DNA of 64,000 nt from a virus. Every line of letters starts with the position of its first letter. The first letter of the stretch is position 1. Positions 1 through 8,267 of this stretch are shown here, piece by piece. The stretch is from IMG/VR virus record IMGVR_UViG_3300005541_000008, positions 13,361-77,360 of that record. One strand, written 5' to 3'. A program made the translations under genes and the position numbers. Below the pieces are notes generated by a model. It searched no databases, was not told the DNA's origin, and saw nothing but the letters and a program-made list of their open reading frames with translations.

Positions 1-518
1 GTTTGTAGCTTCGCAGAATGCGGCCACTTCACGACGAACGAAAACTTCTCGTGGGGGTTGAAAGTGAGCCTGATCCCGAGCTTTCTCCCGTTCTTGTGAA
101 TGCACACATAATTCGCGGTGAGCAGGAGTGCCATGAGGGCATAATCACCACCCGGGAAGAGATCAGTCAAGGGCCAAGGACCGTACTCCTTGTCGCCTGC
201 GTAGATAGAGGCGTGACCTCCCCCAACCAGCGCAGCAATATCCGGCACGAGCAAGGCCCTGATAGGGTTTAGGCCCCTGTAAAGATAAACAACCCGAAGA
301 TCGTACACCTGGAGTAGCTTCGTTCCGAGCACTCCACACGTTATGTTCCGTCGCGAGAGATCTTCCTCCCCCGACGCGCCAAACACGAGCTCCTTCGTCT
401 TCCCTGACACGAAAGGGAGCGTGTCGTAGAGGGTGTAGTCGACGTCCTCGGGAACAGATAACACCCGGGTCGTCCTTCGAAGCTCTGCCGTAACCGTCTC
501 TACAACCCCAGATTCCAC
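1..518 (-). CDS. Partial CDS (runs off window start); beta-rich, possibly jelly-roll structural protein, homologous to 49821-50429
   Basis: Not in the ORF track. Translated by hand from GTG at 518 (GAGGTG RBS upstream): MESGVVETV...DYTLYDTLPF...GDKEYGPWPLTDLFPGG...KLGIRLTFNPHEKFSFVVKW; open to position 1. Confidence 0.6.
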   Translation of the reverse strand, partial: MESGVVETVTAELRRTTRVLSVPEDVDYTLYDTLPFVSGKTKELVFGASGEEDLSRRNITCGVLGTKLLQVYDLRVVYLYRGLNPIRALLVPDIAALVGGGHASIYAGDKEYGPWPLTDLFPGGDYALMALLLTANYVCIHKNGRKLGIRLTFNPHEKFSFVVKWPHSAKLQ

Positions 519-633
519 TTCACATCACCTCTACCGCACAGGACAAAACTTCACATTACCCTTACCGTACAGCGCCGCACCGTACCTCACCAATACTTTA
601 CGATACCATACCGACGCGCCACAAGACTAAGCT

Positions 634-909
634 TCACGTACGCCACCCTAAGCCCTTGGGCACCTCGAACTCATTAATTACCTCAACACCCCCGTCTTCG
701 GTGTCCCTCTCAATTCTCACCTCTGCCGAGAGCCGAATCCGCCTAAAATCCCGACCTTCTATCGCCGCCCGATAAAACATGTCCGTGGTTCGGTGTGCTT
801 CTTCAATCTCCGCAGCCCCTAGCAATGAACGCCCGTAGAAGACATGCGTCACTACCTCTTCCCTTTTGCGTTCCTCGCCTTCGAAGATATCCACAATAAT
901 CTTATACAT
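634..909 (-). CDS. Hypothetical protein
   Basis: ORF track 634..999; likely ATG at 909 (MYKIIVDIF...). Confidence 0.55.
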   Translation of the reverse strand: MYKIIVDIFEGEERKREEVVTHVFYGRSLLGAAEIEEAHRTTDMFYRAAIEGRDFRRIRLSAEVRIERDTEDGGVEVINEFEVPKGLGWRT

Positions 910-1023
910 AACGCAGCGCCCTGTGTTAAGTGAAGGAGCGACCGAATCCGAGCCACCAGCTCCGGTCGCCCCCTCTCTGTCCACTTCACGCTCCCCCAAC
1001 AGGGCGTAAAGGGACCCCGGCTA

Positions 1024-1365
1024 CTACGAAGACACCCAAATCTCCTCGAACGTGACTAATGCGCCCTGCTTAAGCTCAGCAGCGAGACCGTAGGTCTCGT
1101 AGAGACGGAGCTCTAGAGCGCACTTCCACCCCGGAGGCCGACGCTCGCCCACATCAACCGTATACGGGATGCCCACCATTCCGACTTCTACCTGCTCCGA
1201 GTGAGGGAGATCCTCAAAACACGTATAGCACATAAAGGCGTTGCGCTTAACATTCACGCCCATATACCGCGTCGTACCGCAATACCCGCAGCGAGCGAGG
1301 AAGAAAGCCCACCGCTCCACCTCGGTCTTGAGATCGAGATTCTGCAGAGATGGATCCACACTCAC
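1024..1365 (-). CDS. Hypothetical Zn-ribbon protein
   Basis: CGYC...CYTC pairs; start overlaps stop of the upstream gene. Confidence 0.6.
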   Translation of the reverse strand: MSVDPSLQNLDLKTEVERWAFFLARCGYCGTTRYMGVNVKRNAFMCYTCFEDLPHSEQVEVGMVGIPYTVDVGERRPPGWKCALELRLYETYGLAAELKQGALVTFEEIWVSS

Positions 1366-1955
1366 ACCTTATTCGCGCGAAGCGTCACGCGCAACTCATC
1401 CACAACATTAATATAATGATCGAGCGCAAATTCCTTGTGCTCTTGTGGGAGCCCTTCAAAATCCGGATGGAAGATGAGCTCTGACTTCTCGAGTGTGAAG
1501 TCTGCCTTGATCGGGTAGTGGTCAACGCCAAGCCCTAAACGCCCCCGTGAGGAGAAGTAGTGGAAGAACGGCACACAAAGACCGCGTTTGTGCGTCGGGT
1601 CTTGATGCGTACCCACCGAACTCCAGTAAGGTCCGATGACGGAGACCTCCGCGAACGGCGCACACACCCTCCACAACTCGTCCATGAAGCCGATCGGCTC
1701 GGGCACGTGCTCGAGGAAGTGCCTAACCACGACCTCACTGTACGTGTTGTCCTCCAAGCCCTTCCAAGGGTACTCGAAGAGGTTGAGCTCGAGGTCGCAC
1801 TTCACGCGGCTGTCAAAATCGACATTCACCCAATCCTTTCGGTAATCGTGGCCGCAACCCAAGTTCAGCTTCTTAAACGTGTTTAGGGTCGCGGTCGATT
1901 TCCACGACGCACTATGCTCGACAAGCTCCTCTCCCCGTTCTTTTGTCTCCATCAC
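1362..1955 (-). CDS. Class I SAM-dependent methyltransferase
   Basis: KLNLGCG motif I, VNVD, HFLEH, ELWRV, DPTH motifs. Confidence 0.85.
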   Translation of the reverse strand: MMETKERGEELVEHSASWKSTATLNTFKKLNLGCGHDYRKDWVNVDFDSRVKCDLELNLFEYPWKGLEDNTYSEVVVRHFLEHVPEPIGFMDELWRVCAPFAEVSVIGPYWSSVGTHQDPTHKRGLCVPFFHYFSSRGRLGLGVDHYPIKADFTLEKSELIFHPDFEGLPQEHKEFALDHYINVVDELRVTLRANKV

Positions 1956-2602
1956 CGCACCTTTCGTAAGTACCCAGAAGGATTAAAAGTGAGTAAGAAC
2001 TTATGACACGTCTCGTCGACCTCAAACGCCGCACCTTCCTCTAAGGAGAGAAACTCCTTAACCGCTTCCATGGGTCCCGGACCCGCGCCCGGCCTTATAG
2101 GATGGCCGTTGAGATTCGTGTCTTCAACAATGAGATACGAGCCTGTAGTAACTAGGGGCGCGTACATCACCATTTCATCGAGCACGTGGTGCGCGTTGTG
2201 ATCGCTATCAAGCACCACCATAACCGGCGACTTGCCCGCGACGAGATTTTCGATAGCGTTCTGCGTAGCGATCTCCGTGCTGCTCCCGACAAGCTGCACA
2301 ATCTCGGGCGTTCGCAACTCGTGACGCTGCTCGAGGTCCACGGTAACCACAAGAGGACTCTCAATCCTCGAAAGCAACATACACCCGAGCATCCAGGCCG
2401 CAGAACCCCCAACATACGTACCCGTCTCGACAACCGCCTGGGGCCGGACCTTCGAAATAAGCTCCTGATAAAGCCAGAGATCCGTGGGCGCTTTCTTCAC
2501 GGGGATGCCTAGAAAGAAAGTCCGGTTCTCCCAAACCTCGCTCTCGTGGTAGAGGCGGTTGAACTCGCGAATCGTGTCGAGTGCGTTCTCTGTTTCCTGC
2601 AT
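1952..2602 (-). CDS. CmcI/cephalosporin hydroxylase family (rhamnosyl O-methyltransferase-like)
   Basis: FLGIPVKKAPTDLWLYQELI, VVETGTYVGGSA, VVLDSDH, GSYLIVEDT, TFNPSGYL. Confidence 0.9.
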   Translation of the reverse strand: MQETENALDTIREFNRLYHESEVWENRTFFLGIPVKKAPTDLWLYQELISKVRPQAVVETGTYVGGSAAWMLGCMLLSRIESPLVVTVDLEQRHELRTPEIVQLVGSSTEIATQNAIENLVAGKSPVMVVLDSDHNAHHVLDEMVMYAPLVTTGSYLIVEDTNLNGHPIRPGAGPGPMEAVKEFLSLEEGAAFEVDETCHKFLLTFNPSGYLRKVR

Positions 2603-3724
2603 CTAAAACACCCTACCGGTCACGTAATCGAAATGCCCTATCGTAACCCGTGTGTCAACTCTCGGCTTAACTCCCGTCTCCTCCGCGCACTTTTGCCAGA
2701 ACCACGCGTCCTCTGTATGTACTAAGTACTGTCTTGGTGCGACAAGTTCATGCCCTGTCTTAAACCTCGGCTTCGAAATCTTCTTAAACAACTCCGAGCG
2801 GAAAAGACAGTAATCGAGTCCCGTGCCATCGCACTCGACCAGGTCGCCGTGCTTAAAATCCCTTCCCGGTCTCAGGAGGCCGATATGCCCTGTCTTCCAC
2901 ATTAAGGGTTGCGGGTAGGGCATCTTCATGTGGTAGAGTCCCGCGGCTGTTTCGAGCTTGTGATCGAGAAGGGTGTCGAAGAGCATAGGCATACCCACGG
3001 GAGGCGAAAGCATATCATCGCCGAGGAAGACGAAGTAGGAAGGAAGGGGGTCGAGGGAAAGGAGGTGGTCAATACACCGTTCGCGGGCTTCTGCAACCTC
3101 GAGGCCCTTAACAATCGCCATCTCCCTTATCGACGCGACAGGAAACGCCATTTGGAAAAAGTGGAGGATAAACGCGAGCGACACATAACCCAAAGTCGGG
3201 ACGGCAACTACAATTGTATGCTCCGGGTTTGTAGGAGGCTTCAGCCCTGATAACGGAGGCGGTTCTTCTTCCCCTTCCGCGTCTAAGTCGAGCCAGGAGA
3301 CTTCTTTGAGCGCGGCGGTAAGTTTGCCGTCTTTGAAGGGGAGGTCTTTGAGCATCCCGGGACGGACGATAAGCGCCTTGTGATCGGGACTCACAACACC
3401 CACGACATCATCGGGCTCCTTCATCCACCTCTCCCAAATCCCGAAGGCAATATGCTTCGGTGCCTCGAGAAGAAACACTGCGTCCGGCGCTTTCGGCAAC
3501 ACCCGCGTGTATTGGATCGCATTATTCACGGAGCCCCCAAAGTCTGGGTGAGTAACCCCCCAAATCCCGCGCTCTACATTCGGCGGGAAGCCTATACTCA
3601 ACACCTCACCCGCCCATTCAATCGGTAGGAGTTTCGCGGTTGCAATAAGGGCGAGCATGAGCGAAGGACGTTTGTAAGTGCCCTGTGCGACGATCTTGAA
3701 CGCGTCCCGTGTTAGGGTTGCCAC
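2603..3724 (-). CDS. Glycosyltransferase (GT-A/GT2-like C-terminal domain)
   Basis: IVVAVPT, VAEARE, FVFLGDD (DxD-like), GTGLDYCLF, TEDAWF, VDTRVTIGH. Confidence 0.75.
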   Translation of the reverse strand: MATLTRDAFKIVAQGTYKRPSLMLALIATAKLLPIEWAGEVLSIGFPPNVERGIWGVTHPDFGGSVNNAIQYTRVLPKAPDAVFLLEAPKHIAFGIWERWMKEPDDVVGVVSPDHKALIVRPGMLKDLPFKDGKLTAALKEVSWLDLDAEGEEEPPPLSGLKPPTNPEHTIVVAVPTLGYVSLAFILHFFQMAFPVASIREMAIVKGLEVAEARERCIDHLLSLDPLPSYFVFLGDDMLSPPVGMPMLFDTLLDHKLETAAGLYHMKMPYPQPLMWKTGHIGLLRPGRDFKHGDLVECDGTGLDYCLFRSELFKKISKPRFKTGHELVAPRQYLVHTEDAWFWQKCAEETGVKPRVDTRVTIGHFDYVTGRVF

Positions 3725-4071
3725 TATTGAATCCTCGCCGTTTCGTGCTTAAGATATTGATTCACATACCCCATGTACGCTTTGTACAAATCCCCTGACT
3801 CTACCCATCCATAAGCGATAACCTTATCCTTACGCACAAAGAGGGGGTCGACATAGAGGATACTGAAGAGAGGGCTCCCGACGGGCAAAAACGTCACCTG
3901 CTCTGCCCGCGCTCCTCGTACAGCTCCCGTTTGGGGCACCAAATCCGTGATCATGGTGTTTGTGGCCGCGTCGCGCAACTCAAAACACTCTGGGTCAGAC
4001 GACGGGTCAGCTTCCTTCCCCACGATGAGCTCGTTTTGCCCTATCATAAGCACTATTACCCTTCCCTCCAT
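3724..4071 (-). CDS. Hypothetical protein
   Basis: Coupled ORF in the - strand operon. Confidence 0.6.
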   Translation of the reverse strand: MEGRVIVLMIGQNELIVGKEADPSSDPECFELRDAATNTMITDLVPQTGAVRGARAEQVTFLPVGSPLFSILYVDPLFVRKDKVIAYGWVESGDLYKAYMGYVNQYLKHETARIQ

Positions 4072-4090
4072 GCCGATCCCCTCTCGTGGC

Positions 4091-4354
4091 TTACTGGATG
4101 ATTGAGTGGAAGAACTGTGTCACGAGCGTCCAGGTCTCCGTGTTGCTGCCCCTGTTAAACAGGGTGACGGAGTTCGAGTCCCATTGCGCCGTTAAATACG
4201 CGGCGGGGACGTTTGTCGCGATCGTTGCGGCGGAATATGTTGCAATCCCCCAAACGATATGCGGCAGACGCCCTAGGCCGTGCGCGAAGGTTGTCGAACC
4301 GGAAGACGCTAACGACACAGTCCTCGTGTCGATAAAGGTTCCCAGTAACGTCAC
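4091..4354 (-). CDS. Small beta-rich protein, possibly virion fibre/decoration domain
   Basis: AGGAGG RBS before GTG; TTFAHGLGRLP motif resembles fibre tip domains. Confidence 0.5.
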   Translation of the reverse strand: MTLLGTFIDTRTVSLASSGSTTFAHGLGRLPHIVWGIATYSAATIATNVPAAYLTAQWDSNSVTLFNRGSNTETWTLVTQFFHSIIQ

Positions 4355-4405
4355 GGGTCCTACCTCCTATACGGTATCGGAGGCGCACACATCCCGGCGC
4401 ACAAT

Positions 4406-6133
4406 TCACGGCACCCTCTCGAGTAGTTGGCCATCATCCGCGCAGTGCGGATTCTCGGCAAGTTCTCCCTCGGAGCGAAACGTCCAATCCGTTCCACACT
4501 GAGAGCAACGAGCCATGATGAGGTTTTGCTGCTGCTCAGCTGCCCAACCCAAAAACCCCTTAAAATAGGCTTTCGCGGTAGCAGTCCCGAAGAAGTTCCC
4601 GCCCCACCGTTGCACAGTTCCCAGCACATCGTCCGGCGGAATTTGCCCGGCGAGAATTTGCTCGAACTGTTCAGGGGTCGTTATTCTCGCGAGAAGTTCT
4701 TCGAGTTGTGGATAAAAAGCCCGGTCGTTCGCTTCTGCTGCGTTGCGTATTGCCTGAAACACGGGTAGCATTGCTTCTTCCTTTACTACCTCTGCTTGCA
4801 TAACGGGTTCAGCCCCCGGTTCGGTGACTGGAATGTGCTCAACAACCGGCGCCGGAGGAGGCGGCGGAGGTGGTGCGGTTGCTTCGGGCCCGAGCGGTTC
4901 TTGCGCTTCAACCGGAGACGTCTCGGAGAGAGGAGACGGTGATGGAGACGTCTCGGCGGGTAGTGGAGGTGGTGTGAAGGAAGGAGGGAAGCCTTCCATC
5001 GGTGCTCGAGGAGGCGGCTGGACTGTCGCTCGAGGAGGTTGCTGCGCCTGAGGTGGCGGAACCGCAGCTCCCGACTTGTACGCAACAATCGCCGAAACCA
5101 TCCTCGCAGTATCCCCCCAAATTTTCCCCGCTTGCGGAGCGAGTGCCCTTATAAGTTCTATCGCAGGAGAGACCGGCTCCCCTCCTCCGCCTCCGCCTCC
5201 ACTCTCGTGTATTAAGGGAGCGAGGGTCGTGATGAGGGTAATCATGCGATCCGTGTTATCGGGCTGCGGTGCGCTCGGAGGAGGTGTGAAGAGCTCCTTG
5301 AGGCGAATCGCCATCTCGATAGGGTCGACAGCAGGTGTTGTGTCCCGCGGCGCTGGAGGCGCCATCGTTTTGAGGAGGCCCCCAACCCTCTCGAGGACGG
5401 CAAGAGGATCGGGGGCTGCGGGCGGTGGTGCTGGTGCTGGGGTTAACTCTTTAATCGCTTTTGCGAGCTCGACGATTGAGGGTTGCGGGGCTTGCGCAAC
5501 GGGGGTTGTGGTGGGTGCCGCAGAATCTCGTCCCGTCTTATAAATCTCGGCAACCGCTTTGAAAACCGGTGTTATGTCGGGCGTCGGAGGTGTTGCGGGC
5601 GCAGGAGGAGGTTGCATGGACTTCACAATCTCAACGGCCTTAAGAAGGAGAGCAGTCGGATCGCTTTGCGGCGCGTTACCGTTCTGGGGGTGTGTGGCGG
5701 TGACCGCAGGAGGCGGCGGCACACTGAGCGTTATGCGCTGCGCCGCAATAATTCCCGGCGTGTTTTGCTTGATGAGCTTTGCTTCGTAGATGCCGTCTGT
5801 CCACCCCCGTGCGATCGCTGCCTTGAGAACCTCGCTCTCGATATCCTTAAGCAGCTCGGGTTGTTCGAAGTCGAGGAGGAAGACGGGGTTGTTGCCGTAC
5901 TCCTTAGGCACCGGGAAGCGCTTGTAGAGCTTTATGTAATAGCCCTCGCCCGCCGGAATGTGCGAAAAGAGATTCGCAACAGTTTCGCCCTCTGGAGGTG
6001 CTGACGGAACGAGGATTTCGTCAGGTGGACGCTCGGGCAGCGAGCCGTCGGATTTGTCGCGGTCCGCATCCCTCACCCGATCACGTCCCATCGAGACGAT
6101 TGCGTCGTCTACCGTAGCGCGCGGCTTGGCCAT
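4406..6133 (-). CDS. Large Pro/Ala-rich protein with repeated short amphipathic helices and C-terminal CxxC...C motif
   Basis: 575 aa ORF; helices such as LLLKAVEIVKSM, SIVELAKAIKEL, PIEMAIRLKEL separated by poly-Pro linkers; first gene of the leftward operon. Confidence 0.8.
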   Translation of the reverse strand: MAKPRATVDDAIVSMGRDRVRDADRDKSDGSLPERPPDEILVPSAPPEGETVANLFSHIPAGEGYYIKLYKRFPVPKEYGNNPVFLLDFEQPELLKDIESEVLKAAIARGWTDGIYEAKLIKQNTPGIIAAQRITLSVPPPPAVTATHPQNGNAPQSDPTALLLKAVEIVKSMQPPPAPATPPTPDITPVFKAVAEIYKTGRDSAAPTTTPVAQAPQPSIVELAKAIKELTPAPAPPPAAPDPLAVLERVGGLLKTMAPPAPRDTTPAVDPIEMAIRLKELFTPPPSAPQPDNTDRMITLITTLAPLIHESGGGGGGGEPVSPAIELIRALAPQAGKIWGDTARMVSAIVAYKSGAAVPPPQAQQPPRATVQPPPRAPMEGFPPSFTPPPLPAETSPSPSPLSETSPVEAQEPLGPEATAPPPPPPPAPVVEHIPVTEPGAEPVMQAEVVKEEAMLPVFQAIRNAAEANDRAFYPQLEELLARITTPEQFEQILAGQIPPDDVLGTVQRWGGNFFGTATAKAYFKGFLGWAAEQQQNLIMARCSQCGTDWTFRSEGELAENPHCADDGQLLERVP

Positions 6134-6153
6134 ATTGAGAATTCCCGGGTTGT

Positions 6154-6356
6154 GTGCCGTGTTGCGGTGCGGTGCGGTGCTCTGCGCGTGGCTCGTGGCT
6201 CGGTAGGTGCGGTGATGTATTGCAACGCTGCCGCGCTGTATACTGCCATATGCAACGTGGCAGCGTTGCGTGTGCAGTGCCTTCTAGCGCCCGCTACGGC
6301 TTTCCGACTCCGGAGTGCGTAGCGTTGCTTTGCGCCACAGGGCGCGGTGCAGCGCC
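6154..6356 (+). repeat. Degenerate GY-NNN pentamer tract resembling the arrays at 25.4-28.6 kb
   Basis: Seven consecutive pentamers at 6154-6188 and one perfect unit G[GTGCG][GTGAT][GTATT][GCAAC][GCTGC] at 6206-6231. Confidence 0.5.
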
Positions 6357-6513
6357 TTGAGGCAGATAGCGCGAGGTTGTGTAGGGCCTCTGCTATCTTG
6401 AAGTCAATTTTAACACAGAAAATTTGAATAGGCAACTCGGAATTTTGAGTTTTGAGCTCTTTTTTCTTTGAGGCCTTGAGTTATGCTCGTTATCCCCTGT
6501 TATGCTCCTTGCT

Positions 6514-6598
6514 TTGACCTCTTATATATCATAATATACATAGTATCTTATGTATTTTATAATAATTTGTATGTATAATAATATATAAGAGAGCAAAA
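6514..6598. other. Very AT-rich tract bounded by an inverted repeat; candidate origin or regulatory element
   Basis: CTCTTATATAT (6519-6529) and ATATATAAGAG (6581-6591) flank an AT-rich core, between divergent genes. Confidence 0.5.
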
Positions 6599-6658
6599 CA
6601 GTAGTCATTTTGTGGCCCTACTGGGGCACAAATCGCGCACGGACCATAGGGAGGAGCC

Positions 6659-7432
6659 ATGGAAAAGCTACAACCCAAGATCATTTCCCGTCCTCGGGGT
6701 ACTGGTGAGGATTGTGTTTGCGAGTGTTGGGGGTGTAATCAGCAATTTTCGAATATAATTCCTACGTTATATTGTGAAAATTGTCGTGGTTCTATGCGTG
6801 CTCCGCGCTCACCTTTGCGCTGCACGTGTAAGGAGTGCGGGCATACTTGGGAGAGGAGAACGGAGACACCATCGTACTGTCCGAAGTGTATGAGTAGAGA
6901 GTGGGACGGGCCACTAAAGAGAGGGGAAGTAGAAAAGGAGTTCGTGATTTGTCATAAATGCGGGTCGCAAAAGCAGAAGGGGAAGATTGTGTGTATCGGG
7001 TGCTTGCAACCGAACACGGAAACGGCGTATTATTGTGGTCTGACAACGAGACAGTACGAGAGTTTCAAACGGTTTGTGCTCGCATACAAAGGGGAAGATC
7101 TGGTTGTGTTAGGGTTTAGAAAGCTACTCGAGTCTCCAACGCGCGAAATGGAAACGAGACCCGAGCCCGAAGCCCCGATCCCGATACTCCAGCTCCCTGA
7201 ACCCGACCCACCGCAACTCGACCCACTTCCTAAGGAAGAGCCAGAGCCCGACCCCGAGTTACAGCCCGAAGCGCTTCCTCAACCCCCTGAACCCGAGTCG
7301 CCGAGCGAAGACGCGCTTCCGTTGTTTATGGAATTCGCACCCCCTACTCCCGATCCGATACCCGAGGGCGAGGAAGTCCCGACGGAAGAGGCGCTCAAGC
7401 TCCTTCGGAAGATAAAGTGGGAGGTAGAATGA
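6659..7432 (+). CDS. Multi-Zn-finger protein with Pro/Glu-rich tail; putative regulator
   Basis: GGAGGAG RBS; six CxxC pairs; acidic PE-rich C-terminus. Confidence 0.75.
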   Translation: MEKLQPKIISRPRGTGEDCVCECWGCNQQFSNIIPTLYCENCRGSMRAPRSPLRCTCKECGHTWERRTETPSYCPKCMSREWDGPLKRGEVEKEFVICHKCGSQKQKGKIVCIGCLQPNTETAYYCGLTTRQYESFKRFVLAYKGEDLVVLGFRKLLESPTREMETRPEPEAPIPILQLPEPDPPQLDPLPKEEPEPDPELQPEALPQPPEPESPSEDALPLFMEFAPPTPDPIPEGEEVPTEEALKLLRKIKWEVE

Positions 7433-7436
7433 GGGC

Positions 7437-7471
7437 AAAAAAAGAGCCACTCAACTCTCGAGTGGCTCTTT
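7437..7471 (-). terminator. Intrinsic terminator, probably bidirectional
   Basis: AAAGAGCCACTC / GAGTGGCTCTTT hairpin with a T run on the - strand, between convergent genes. Confidence 0.8.
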
Positions 7472-7479
7472 CTCTTCGG

Positions 7480-7758
7480 TTATTTCTTCGCGCCGGCCGT
7501 TTTGGCCATCGCGTCCCGGACTTGCTGTTCCTTCCACGCCCGGAACTGCTTGATCTCTTCGGCCGTTTTCTTCCGGCGGTCCTTCGCTGCCTGCTTCGCT
7601 TCGGGGCTCTGCGTGTACTGGAGCCGTTGGAACCGAAGCTTGAGGGTCGCGTTGGCGAGGTCGAGCACCCCTTGGTCACCGTATTTCTGCTTGAGTTCTA
7701 CCATGGTGAGGGGTTTGAACTCGGTCGGATCCGCAGCCGGGGTCGTTTGGGTAGCCAT
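7480..7758 (-). CDS. Small basic helical protein, possible nucleic-acid binder
   Basis: AAGGAGG RBS, own promoter and terminator; K/R/A-rich. Confidence 0.8.
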   Translation of the reverse strand: MATQTTPAADPTEFKPLTMVELKQKYGDQGVLDLANATLKLRFQRLQYTQSPEAKQAAKDRRKKTAEEIKQFRAWKEQQVRDAMAKTAGAKK

Positions 7759-7849
7759 TGTGTTGCCTCCTTTTATATGCGCGTGTCTCGCGCGTTGGGT
7801 TATTTTATGGGCCTTGTCTCCAAGTGGCCTTTCTCAATCTTACATCTTC

Positions 7850-7878
7850 ATTATACGCCTTCTTAAAAAACATGGCAA
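7850..7878 (-). promoter_or_regulatory. sigma70-type promoter
   Basis: TTGCCA-17 nt-TATAAT on the - strand upstream of 7480..7758. Confidence 0.75.
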
Positions 7879-8013
7879 CGAAAAAATCGCGCGTCGAGAA
7901 AATTTTTTTCGCGCCAAAAACGCCTCTAAAAATGTTTTTAGAGGGTTGTGCACTTTTTTGAACCCCCCGTGTTCACTAAAGTGAGACTCGCGAAGCCCGC
8001 CGGTAGGGGTTTA

Positions 8014-8152
8014 TTTTTCTACGGGTCGCGCGTGGGTACGGAAATGTTTTTCTACGGGTGCGTCCGTCGGAAAATGTTTTTCTACGGATAAACCGTAGAG
8101 ATTTAGATCCGGATCGGGAACCGGATTTGTACGGGTCGCAACGGTAGAAAAA
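8014..8152. repeat. Iteron/operator-like repeats TTTTTCTACGG
   Basis: Direct copies at 8014, 8047 and 8077; partial copy at 8130; inverted variants at 8093 and 8142. Confidence 0.7.
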
Positions 8153-8195
8153 GGGATCCAGAAGTCACTTTCTCGGGGAGGGAAAAAGATTTTCC

Positions 8196-8224
8196 TTGCC
8201 TTTCGGGTTTAATTGAGTTATAAT
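8196..8224 (+). promoter_or_regulatory. sigma70-type early promoter
   Basis: TTGCCT-17 nt-TATAAT upstream of 8268. Confidence 0.8.
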
Positions 8225-8267
8225 GATGTCAATGGGGTCTCTATACATCTCAGCGAAGGGGTAAACG

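Noticed and set aside
4427-6206. + strand ORFs opposite the Pro-rich gene, and similar shadow ORFs opposite real genes across the window
   Set aside because: These are antisense shadows of GC-rich coding sequence and conflict with operon direction.
6109-6435. ORFs 6109-6435 (-) and 6154-6360 (+)
   Set aside because: They are C/A/R-rich translations of the degenerate pentamer tract, with no convincing RBS.
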